The notes under the pieces were generated by a model. It was not told the DNA's origin and searched no databases. It saw only the letters and a program-made list of their open reading frames with translations. Shown here piece by piece: positions 23,801-33,556 of a DNA stretch of 64,000 bases. The stretch comes from Schizochytrium sp. TIO01 (taxonomy: Eukaryota; Protista; Bigyra: Labyrinthulomycetes), in NCBI GenBank assembly GCA_004764695.1, contig SMSO01000006.1, forward strand, positions 77,859 to 141,858. Direction: 5' to 3'. Within the stretch, counting starts at the first letter, position 1. Each line of letters opens with the position of its first letter. The position numbers and the translations under genes are program-made.

Positions 23801-25127
23801 AAAACGGCGAGATGCAAGCGATTCAGGGCAGCTAATGCATGTTCCGGACTCTGCGACTGCCCATGAAATCCTCGATGTATTGCGCGAAGCCGTCCAAGCG
23901 TTTAGTCACGCCACATCATCCCAGACAACCACACCTCATGACTCTGCAAGGGGCAAAGTTGTTGATACTAAGCAACAGCATAAAGCTTCAGAGCAGCTAC
24001 GTCTCCGTAAGGTGTATGACCTGTTCTGCCAGCTTCAAAATAACACTGGGACACCCACCCGGAGGCTTTCCAGGCTCAAGTTCCAAGGGGCAATTACATC
24101 AATATTGAGAGTTGAGCTCAATTGGACCCAGTTTGACCGTGTTTTCCGCCTTATATCTCCATCTCGAGGCGATGGCACAGACGGGACGATTCAATTTGAG
24201 GAATTCTATTCTGCTTTCGCACGCGATAGCCGCCACAATAAGCCGGTGGAGAGGGCCGGCATTCGAGGGTCTACTGCATCTTCAGTGCGGCGATCCAAAG
24301 ATTCCTTGCATACTCTTCGAAACGTATTATTCGGTATATGCGAGACACTTGTCAAAGCGGAGATCACCTTGCAAGAGTTGTTTCATGGATTTGACCGTAA
24401 TGGTTCGGGATCTATTTCTACTGCTGAGTTTTCTTCAATGATGAAGTCTTTAGCCCGAGACCTGACAAAGGAGCAAATCTACAATTTATTGAATTGCATA
24501 GATGGTGATTTTGATCGCCGAATCAACCTCCGTGAATTTCTTGACTTCTGGCTTGTCGTTTTCTCTCAATGGCTTCAGTATCTGAAGCACTCCTTCTTAA
24601 AAGCAGGCCAAAATCATGATAGTGCACGTGTGCCTGTAATTGGGCATTCACATATGCACATTGAAGACCTCGAGCAACTCATTCTTCGAGTAGATAGAGC
24701 AATGGATCTTACTTTTGGCCGTAAAGCACGCCATGATGTGACACGGACAAAGTTGCCCGGGCCTCTTACATCTTTGCTACGAAATGTGGGCCTTCAAGCT
24801 GATCTGGTGGCAGACTCAATGGGCGAGGCCTTTTTTGACCCAAAGTCGTCACCTCGGGGACAAGCGTTGGATGCCGTGCGCGCTGCGCGACGCCGGAAAT
24901 CCCAAAATATGCAAGCGCAGTGGCTGTCTTCAAGCCGGGGAGCTAGGGGCAATGTCCAGCGTGGACTCTTGGCAGAGAGTAGAAATCAACAGGAGGGAGC
25001 CTGTTCTGAGCAGTCGAGCTTTTCCTCCAAGGCTCGTAGACGGAGCAGGGGTGTATCAGTACCTACCAAAGACCTGAATGCACAAATATCTTTCATGACA
25101 GATGGTTATGATTTTTCTAATCAGTAA
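14834..25127 (+). CDS. Giant (~3430 aa) multi-C2 protein: about 15 C2 domains, EF-hand pair, E/R-rich charged helix, SAM domain, further EF-hands; one +1 frame break at ~17801
   Basis: Repeated C2 signatures (GxLxVxIxxARxL...QDPYV...PxWxE...D..IG). EF loops [42 protein letters not shown] and [17 protein letters not shown]-like [23 protein letters not shown]...[14 protein letters not shown]...GLHRRKIL. Deleting one A at 17801-17802 restores the C2 last strand GQVRIALDF. Confidence 0.85.
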
Positions 25128-27268
25128 TAATAACACCTTGTAAAGAAGGTGCTGGGCTAGCTACCGAAGTTCCGATGTCTCCGCGCTCCTCGACGCTAGC
25201 GCTATAGGAGTTTGACTTGTGCTTAGGCTCGAAGCGAAAGCCCTCAGGAGCAGGGCCAAGAAACATCTCCGATATTTTGATCCAGTCCTTAACACTTGTT
25301 GACCCCAAGATAGTTTCTTTATCATCACGCCCAATAAAGCAAGGCGGGCGATCGTTAATGTGCTGAGGTACATAAAGAGGATCAAGCAATCCAACAGGTA
25401 CATAGCGGCACGTAAAACTGAGCCATTCAAGTAGGAATCGCCGTGTTTTGTTTACGCCATTCAAATCAGATCCCCAGTGTTCCAAACCCGTAGTCTACGT
25501 AATTTTTAAGAAGATCCATCCGTTCAGAGCCGCTAATATCCCAATGACGCTTCTCCTTGATCTCTGTACTAAGCCATGGCTTGATGAGAGCTCCTCGGCC
25601 TACCATGCATGTTGTCAGCCGCGCTTGCAAAGCATCAAGATCAGCAGTAATTGCATCATCCGTCTCATCGGTGGATTCTAGTTTAGACAGACCAGGGCCA
25701 TTTTCAGAAATTTTGCCCTCGTTGAATAGGATATGCATTCGGCTATTCGGATCCTGACAATCTGTGAGGACCTCGTCAATTTGATCCCGCCAGTCGGAAA
25801 CCCGACCCATATGCTCCTCCCAATCTGTGTAGCTTAGAATGTCACCGTTACCGAAAACAGGAACAGGATTAAGCGGTTTGGCACCGACAAATCGACTCTT
25901 ACGGAAAACTGCCTCGCTTGCAATTGGGCGCCCAGCTACTTGGTGAATGTAATCCCAGTCTGCAGTACTCGTGTATCGAGCTTGACGGCTACGGCCGTGG
26001 ACTGCGACGTAGCAAACTGAAGATCCATGTGGCATAATGTGACGCCATCCTTGAATTTCAGATACGAGAGACGCTGCTGTAAATTTGCCTTTGGCCCAAC
26101 CAGCACGCATTTTGAGACCAATAGGCATCCGGCCCTGGGTTGCAGATGTCATGTCCTCCACTATAGACCGGAGTTTAGTCACACGGGTCATCAACGCTGA
26201 GCCAGCACCTTGGTCCGTGACCAGGTCAATAGGACAACCAAGGTTAACATCAACGAAGTCCACGTCGGTTTCGCGATCAAGCAAGGTCACTACTTGCTTC
26301 ATAAGCTTCGGCATTCCTCCCGCAATTTGAACTCCAAAGAAGTCCTCGCACTTGTGACGCCGAAAGAGTGCCCACTCGGAGCTTAATCCCGATACTGCTT
26401 CTTTAGCAAGCGCCATTTCTCCACATGTGATGTCTGCGCCAAGATCTTTAGTAATCCTGCGAAAAGGCAGGTTTCCAACAGTTGTTAAAGGTGCAATATA
26501 GATCTTGTTGGCAAAGTCTTGGGCTGTTCGTCTTGGCCGGGCCTCGGCTTCGCCTTGGCCTCCATAATTGTACTTCTTCTTTCGCAGTTCACGAAGGAGA
26601 TCTGTACGAAGATAGTTGCATTCATCAATATCACTGTATCCAGAGTTACGGCCATGCCCAGCCTCAGCAGAGGGAATCTCGTCTTTTGAACGCTTGTCAA
26701 TACTGCGGGCGATTTCTTTGCCTTCGTCTACATCGTTCTCGATAACTGTGTGCTCTTCGCCAAAGAGGCATCGAATTCCACTTGGACAATATTGGTGTTT
26801 CGCGAACGTAGGGCAAGCGGCGCCCTTCTGCAGTGGCTTGGCTTTGACATACTCTACTGTGTCGTGTGAGTACTGACATTTCTTATTACCACTCTGAAAC
26901 GGACATGGTTCACTGCGTGCTGCGTAGCCACAAATATTATCCCAGCTTGGTCGAGCCATGTGGCCACGTTTGCGCTTTTCTTCTAGCTTTTGCTTTTTGT
27001 AGCTCGCCATGGATTTGTATTTCTTGCCACGTTTCTTACCGTTGACCGCATCTTCGTCTGTATCTTGGCTTGTATTGTTCTGCTCTCCGTCTTGAGCTGG
27101 TTCTTCGCTCTGTTTTGGTGTGGGTGGTGCTGGTGGTGCCGCAGGAGTCCAGGTTCGATAGAAGTCCCCCTTGACTTTAGCGTACCCACGTACACGTTCT
27201 GGTGCCTCAAGCTTAGTCTCCAGGCGATCCCAGAAGCTTTGCTTCGACGCACTCACTTCGTCCGTCAT
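25117..27268 (-). CDS. DUS3: tRNA-dihydrouridine(47) synthase DUS3-like with N-terminal CCCH zinc fingers; one +1 frame break at 25484-25489
   Basis: [57 protein letters not shown] and [16 protein letters not shown] in 25466-27367. The conserved tail [28 protein letters not shown] lies in ORF 25117-25485. Start taken at MTDEV (27268); an alternative ATG is at 27355. Confidence 0.93.
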
Positions 27269-27566
27269 CTTCTGCTCGCGTACAGTCCTTGCTTGCGAAC
27301 TATCGATGCAAATCTGCTTGCCGACTTCTCTCCATTCACGTTGCTCTCCCACCATTGGCCTCACCACAAAACATAAGGCCTACGTATTACACCTAGTAGG
27401 TAGGTACCACTATCTACATATTAATTGTTATCTACATTGCTAGTAGGAAGGATAAAAAAAATGGAATGAAAAGGTATCATGATCCTAATGAATAGCCTGA
27501 CATATATAGGTGAATGGAGTGAATAATGAGTAGGTGCAGGTATACCACTCTAATTCAGTGAGCCAA

Positions 27567-27939
27567 GAGTGATTGTTTTGGCTTTAGTTTTTACCCAAGC
27601 TATAAGACCTATAACTGATTTCTCCTCTGACTAATGGAAGTCTCATTGGCTTGAGTGTTTGCGTTGAGTAAATAATAGGCAAGTACTAGATACCTGTCTA
27701 TTACTAGTATTTTAAATGTAGGTACGAGTAGGCTACCCTCAGTCAATCTATAGTGAGAGTTCATGTTACATCTCTCACCAGCTACAAGATAAGTGCTAGG
27801 TTAATCCCATCATCCCTTTTACTTCAAATTGGATGAAAACTCAGGTTAAAACTCCCATACTATATAGTCAGAGGTATGTACTGAGTTAAAATCTTTTACT
27901 TCAAGTTGCGTAAAAAGACTCAAGCCAGAACAATTGCTC
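27567..27939. repeat. Inverted pair of the dispersed repeat (arms ~27567-27645 + and ~27853-27939 -), MITE-like
   Basis: GAGTGATTGTTTTGGCTTTAGTTTTTACCCAAG...CCTCTGACTA versus the reverse complement GAGCAATTGTTCTGGCTTGAGTCTTTTTACGCAAC...TACCTCTGACTA. Confidence 0.7.
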
Positions 27940-29147
27940 AATGCAGGTAAAAGCACCTGATTTCTACGTAGGCATGTTCTAGCCTCAAGCTAGAACAGTT
28001 GATGGCTACCTACCTAGTTTTTGATAGTATATAGCTAAGTTGAAGTACCGTAGTGCGTAAGTAATAGTTATTAGGTAGTGTGGTAGGCACCTGCGTTTTT
28101 CACTTTTATGCACTCCTATCAATCCTTCCCCTTTGGTTAAATCTCGAGTTGTAGATATCATTATAGTCTATCATCAAAGATTATTTTCTATCATCAAAGT
28201 AGAAGTGCTGCAACATGATACACCATATCATTTGTGATTCATAAGTTTCTTTGCTCTCAAGTATTCATATTCATGCAACGAAGAAAAACACGATCAAAAT
28301 ACAATCCTTGCGATATCTTTCTTGTTGTATCTATGAAAAAAAAATGTTCAATTTGATTATCATTGGCCTAAACTCCGATAACAGTGGTTTCTATAAATGC
28401 GAAGGAAAGGTGTAGACTCCCTCCACAGTACATGCTATCTTCTACGAATACAGTTATCACCGTTGATATGAAGTCTAAATCTCCAGGTAACCTGATACAA
28501 GAGCATGATGCTAATACTTTATTCTACCACTCTAGCATCTACTTATTTGCATACCGTGGTAGCACTTAGAATGTAACCTATAAAATTTGCAAAACGTGCA
28601 TCTCCTATGGTGACAAAATAGGGCTAAGGCGCAATCGCGGGTTAAAAACTAACCCGCGACTCAAAGACAATTCTTAAATCATGTCCTTGGATGGATAAGT
28701 AGCGCAAAACGATGCATGCTTGCGGTGAATCTCGGTAGTCCAGTAGGGCGCGCAAACCTGATCTGTTGAAGTTACCCTCTACCGAACTCTTTGTAGACAG
28801 CGAAGGAGTCTGGATAGACACGCTAGAGGAAGTTTCGTGTTTGGCGATACAACTGTTAAGATCAATGAACACCTAGGAGTGTCGGACAGAGTGCTAGGTA
28901 GTAGCACAACAATTTTCACAAAAAGGGAAGAAAAATGTCACTCCTCATTCATAACTTACGATGCTTTAACTTGAATTGCATGTTTTTATGTACTCTCATT
29001 TATGAGACATATGCCATACGTGTTTGCCATCAAAACAATTTTGTTGTTTATTTCGTAGTTTTAAAAACGCCACAAGAGTTTCATCTGCTACTTTGATTCA
29101 ATGACTGCAGGTAATGATGGGCTATCTAACACATCATCTACACTATT

Positions 29148-29816
29148 ATGCTCTGGTATGCGAGACTTCTACGGGCTCATCATTGCGTTTGGGGGTTTCC
29201 AGTGCTTGCTACGACACTCCTTGAGCGCGATACCTATGTTAATTGCTTAAGCATAGAGGAAGGTGATAATTCAACTTTCCCCGTTTGGTTCGCAGCTGCT
29301 ACTGCCGAGCTACCTATTGTAGAGCTCCTCCTCCAGCACGGTGCCGACAGGTATCTTCACGAATCTAGGAGATTGTACACTGCCCTTTACCTGCCCAATT
29401 TGGCAACAAATAACAAGAATTTGACGTGGTATTTCTTGAATGTCCCTAGCATCAACTATTGCGCAAGCCAGTGAGTAGATATTGACTAATAGCTTCTGGT
29501 GGTGATCGTACATTTGAAACGCCTCCTCGAATTCTCCTCGAACTCGATGCAGATCCGAACCGACAGCATGGTTTGAGTCAATACCCAATGATGATGACCT
29601 TACACGAATATGATATCACTGAGGACAATCAAGGTTTTACTGGATGTCAGTGCTGACATCAATTGTAAAGACTCGGAGGGGTATGCAATATTCACGCATT
29701 TGGACGAGAACGACTTCGACGATACTCCGATTATTCAGTTATTCCAAGAACAAGAAAAGAAATCGAAGGGAAAACACAAGTCTCAGTCAATTTTTACCTT
29801 ACTAAACCATCGATAA
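29148..29816 (+). pseudogene. Ankyrin-repeat gene remnant
   Basis: Ankyrin-like peptides in different frames: FPVWFAAATAELPIVELLLQHGAD (29148 ORF), RILLELDADPNRQHG (~29528-29572) and IKVLLDVSADINCKDSEG (29610 ORF), separated by stops and frameshifts. Confidence 0.65.
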
Positions 29817-29817
29817 A

Positions 29818-30837
29818 CTATAGCCATCCCATATATATATATTCAAATGAAAGGTAGGAATCAAGAGGCGATAAGACGGGACTGCACTCGTCAACTGAGA
29901 TAAGTTTCTCCACCATAATCTTCCTCTTCTTATAGACCCTGCAAAATCGATCAATCTTACTAAGCCCATCCTCGTCATCTTCGACATCTTCATCAAAGAA
30001 AATAGCACTCTTCCTAATTTTTCGTGACGAGGCAATAGGTTCGGGTAAGATCAAGTGGTCGCTAGTAATACTACCATTTTAAAGTTCCGGCAAGTTGCAT
30101 CGCGCTAGCTTTTCCCGGATCATTCTATTGACCAAAACATTTCTTAAACTTATTACTGAAAGCGGGAATCACAATTGTAGTTGATCCCGGTGTTTTTTCA
30201 CAAAAAGCTCAGTATCATTTCGCGTAAGTTCGGGAACAGGAGGAGTGGAATTTGCTCATGTTAGAAATGAAAGCGAGAAGGATGTACACCGAGGCAGATT
30301 TTGTAGTATGAGGTCCACTATTTATAAATAATCTACTGGAGTGTTTACAACTCTTATGCAGCATCGTCCATTCTTTAAATTAATGGAACAGTCTTCATCT
30401 TTTTCGAGGTCGAGTCTCAGATTCAGGTGACGTATCTGAGATGGGAGAGACCCGAAGCCCCAACCTCTTTAGCGTTCCACTCCAGTAGCTGGCACAAACT
30501 GGCGAAATTTTGTTAACATCAACAGAATAGAGTTCATGACCCTCATTCTAATGATACGGTCGCCGCATGACTAACATCTCGTTCTCCTTGAAAAAAATCT
30601 AAGATTGAGAGTAAATGTTGCGGAGTAAGTTCATCCGAACGTACTGATTTAGTTTAACTGCTCTAAATTTACTTCCAAGATGCTTTCTTTGATTCTCCAA
30701 TGTCAGCCTGGCGTACTCCAAAGGCCAATAGGCGTCCATGATAAATAGGGATCCCCCAGCTAAATGTCTTCAAATTGGTTTGCACTTCCCCTCATAAGCA
30801 TTGTTGCATTTCCCACGCCAGCGGGTCCAGTTAAAGT
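29818..30837 (-). pseudogene. P-loop NTPase-like gene remnant
   Basis: The minus strand at ~30837-30802 encodes TLTGPAGVGNATML, a Walker A with K>N. A long frame from ~30420 to 29818 stays protein-like through four stops (NLRLDLEKDEDCSINLKNGRCCIRVV...YL*IVDLILQNLP...) into the 29818-30054 ORF. Confidence 0.45.
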
Positions 30838-30975
30838 TCATATTTAAAAAAGAAAAGAAAAGGGATTAGCGTTGTTCCTCGTACTGACATTAGCTTAGTT
30901 TGCAAATAAGGAAGCAAGTTAGTTGGTTGGGTTGGGTACGTTTGACGATTGAGTTTTGCTGATTTTGTACCTTCG

Positions 30976-31041
30976 GATTGACCTGAGTTTTAACCCCAAA
31001 TCAAAGGATTGATATGGGTAGAACCTTTGAATAGTGAAAGG
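30976..31041 (+). repeat. Degenerate copy of the dispersed repeat
   Basis: GACCTGAGTTTTAACCCCAAATCAAAGGATT...ACCTTTGAATAGTGAAAG. Confidence 0.5.
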
Positions 31042-31947
31042 TTGTTTGGACATCCACAGGAACTTGGCATGCCTGTCTTGAACTCAACAGGTTTGGTGTT
31101 CGTGGTTCGAGTCGATCATGATGATCAGCTATTAGCTAGGGACTATATAGGTGGGTACTAGGTAGATTTATATGCTCGGTTCCCATTTTCTAAAATAAAA
31201 AATAAAACCAACGTTTAACAAAATAAATATTAAATAAATGCCATATTATGATCTAGAGCTTTAAAAATTATATTATATATATATATGTATAAATAATATT
31301 ACATAGGAATGGCAATCATCATTATTTTATTCTTCTTATTTTAAATCAGGCCTATTATTAGCATTGATTATTATTCATAATTTATTCAGATAATAATTAT
31401 TATCTTAAAATGTTTATTTACTATCATTATTCATTCGTGATAGACTACTTGAAGGAGCCTAAAAAAACAAACAAAAAACTAGTAAGGTGGTTTCATATTT
31501 TAATTTTAATTTTACTTTATATAAAAAGAAAAGAAAAGAAGAAAGAAAGTCGCAAAATAATAATTGCAAGATTTACATAAAATTACTAAGTCTAGACCCA
31601 GTGATCTCTGGCGACACAGGGATGCCAGACTGAGGTATTCTAGCATTTCCTATCTTCAAATTTTACAATATTGTACATACTTACCTCAATACCAGATGGG
31701 CAAATCAGTTCACCAAATTTTGCCAAGTTACTACTGTGACCTTTTCGAAAGTTTAAAAATGCTCATGAAAGAGGCTGATAGTATTCTTCACAAAACAGAA
31801 AGTTAGAAAGATTGGAAAAAAGGGAAAATGTTGTAAACTTCAGTTGCTTTGGCCGAGTAGAAGACTTTGCAGGCCAATAAACGATGAGATAGGCTCCCGA
31901 GCAACCTACCATGGTGGCCTAAGCAGATAAAAACTGAGAGGCCGTGT

Positions 31948-32021
31948 GAGATGCATGCTTTTATTTGAGTTTCCACCCAGGTTGGAGGACTTGTAGGAAA
32001 AGCCTCTGACTGGTGAGAGTG
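31948..32021 (+). repeat. Copy of the dispersed repeat
   Basis: TTTTATTTGAGTTTCCACCCAGG...GCCTCTGACTGGTGAGAGTG. Confidence 0.6.
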
Positions 32022-32115
32022 ATGAATGTGAATGAGCTTCTTCAAAGACGATTCGATTATAGGTTATTTCTGCTACTGCTATGGGTTATACCTAGCCAGA
32101 TACCTAGCTAGATAC

Positions 32116-32146
32116 CTACTACTATTGCTACTATTACTATGGCTGT

Positions 32147-32202
<56 letters not shown>

Positions 32203-32243
32203 TGGCTATTACTATTATTATTGCTACTATTACTACTACTACT
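32116..32243. repeat. Imperfect (CTA)n microsatellite
   Basis: Seen directly. It explains the poly-L and poly-T ORFs at 32032 and 32139. Confidence 0.95.
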
Positions 32244-33046
32244 TTACAAATGCGCAGTGCTATGTACCTAGCAATTGTAAAGTATCATACTAGTGGTGGT
32301 AGGTCAAAAAGGGACTGCTGCATAGGTGAAATTCATGCACTCTGAAAAGTCTAGTAGAGTTTAGCGGGCTAGCAAATTAGCGGCATCCAAGTCTGGTTAC
32401 AGAAAGAAATAGGTCCGGTCATGTTATCAGAGCGTTATTAACCACGTTAAAGAACCGACATCCTCATATTAATTTGTTCGTTTAGTTGAGCAGAAAGAAA
32501 AGTTGAGTTAGTTGATAATCTAGAGCAGACTCTCTCATGAGAAGGCCGTCGTGGTTAGCTTAGACGGACGTGTGATGCCAAGTACTCTCTTAAGCAGATT
32601 AGTAGATTCTGCAGGATGCATCAAGCAGCGAGGCTTATAGCAACACTCTTCAAATCAGGTGATCATCATGAAGGTCAACCCAACAAGAGAGAAAGAAAGA
32701 AAGAAAGAAGGAAGGAAGGAAGGAAGGAAGGATTACCTTGACAAAATCATCATACTACCATGGGACCTAGGTACTTACTTACTTACTTACTAGGTATGGT
32801 ATTCCTGTATTTCATTTATTAAAAACAAATCTCAAGTCATCATCCAAGTTTTATTTTTTCAAGTTGTTTCAAGTTGTGGCATCAGGAGTTGAACAACAGC
32901 AGATAATAGACCTATACTACTTACTAGGTACCTAGGTAGTAGGACCTTACAAAACCTATCTATAGGTCATCTTCTCTTTTTAGGATGAGCCTTACTACCA
33001 ACTCTGCAATTTCTTTGAATTGTATGAAACTTCAAAGTTGAAAAAA

Positions 33047-33074
33047 GAAGAAGAAGAAGAAGAAGAAGAAGAAG

Positions 33075-33106
<32 letters not shown>

Positions 33107-33113
33107 GAAGAAG
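33047..33113. repeat. (GAA)n microsatellite
   Basis: Seen directly. A (GAAA)/(GAAG) run also lies at ~32690-32731. Confidence 0.95.
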
Positions 33114-33556
33114 ATGGTGATGAAAAAGAAGACATCCCATGGCATTCTGTCACGCTCTCCCATTAATAGATCCTTTCACTCTAAGTTTAGTAAAAACTCA
33201 AGTCACAGCAGAGCACTCATACCGGCATTCCATCGATGCCAACCTAGCTAGATAAATATAAATACTACCTAGGTATCTGTTACCTGTAATAAATCTGTTT
33301 AGGCTTGAGTCCTTGCAGAAAAGAGACCAAGAGGTAGTAGATAGTAGGTAGTGCCGTGGTAGCAATAGTACATAGGCCTAGTAGCAGAAGAATAGAAAAG
33401 AGAAGAGCAGAGCCCTTAGCATCCGCTCCTTCGCGCCCTTCGCGGGAAGAGCGGGGGCATCGAACAACAGACAAGTGAACTGCTGAGAGAACCTTGTAAC
33501 CCAAGGGGATAACCTACGCGTAGCATTGACGTGCAACAAGGAGTGTAGGTACCACC

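Noticed and set aside
1400-25489. A Euplotes-style programmed frameshifting system explaining all four frame breaks
   Set aside because: The directions differ (-1, -1, +1, +1) and no shift motif is shared. In both +1 cases protein conservation places the shift several codons before the stop. The shared TGA-TTT after the two +1 sites just reflects Asp-Phe/Leu in the new frame. Assembly indels explain this more simply.
31095-31120. B-box-like GGTTCGAGTC (also reverse GTTCGAGTCC at ~48644-48653)
   Set aside because: No T-stem pairing or cloverleaf, so not called as tRNA.
31564-32045. 80-aa ORFs at 31564-31806 and 31803-32045, and 8386-8867
   Set aside because: They are short and have no motifs, and 31803-32045 and the 8386-8867 ORFs overlap or lie within dispersed-repeat copies.
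32032-32345. Poly-Leu and poly-Thr ORFs (also 49078-49371 and 49137-49349)
   Set aside because: Artefacts of (CTA)n microsatellites.
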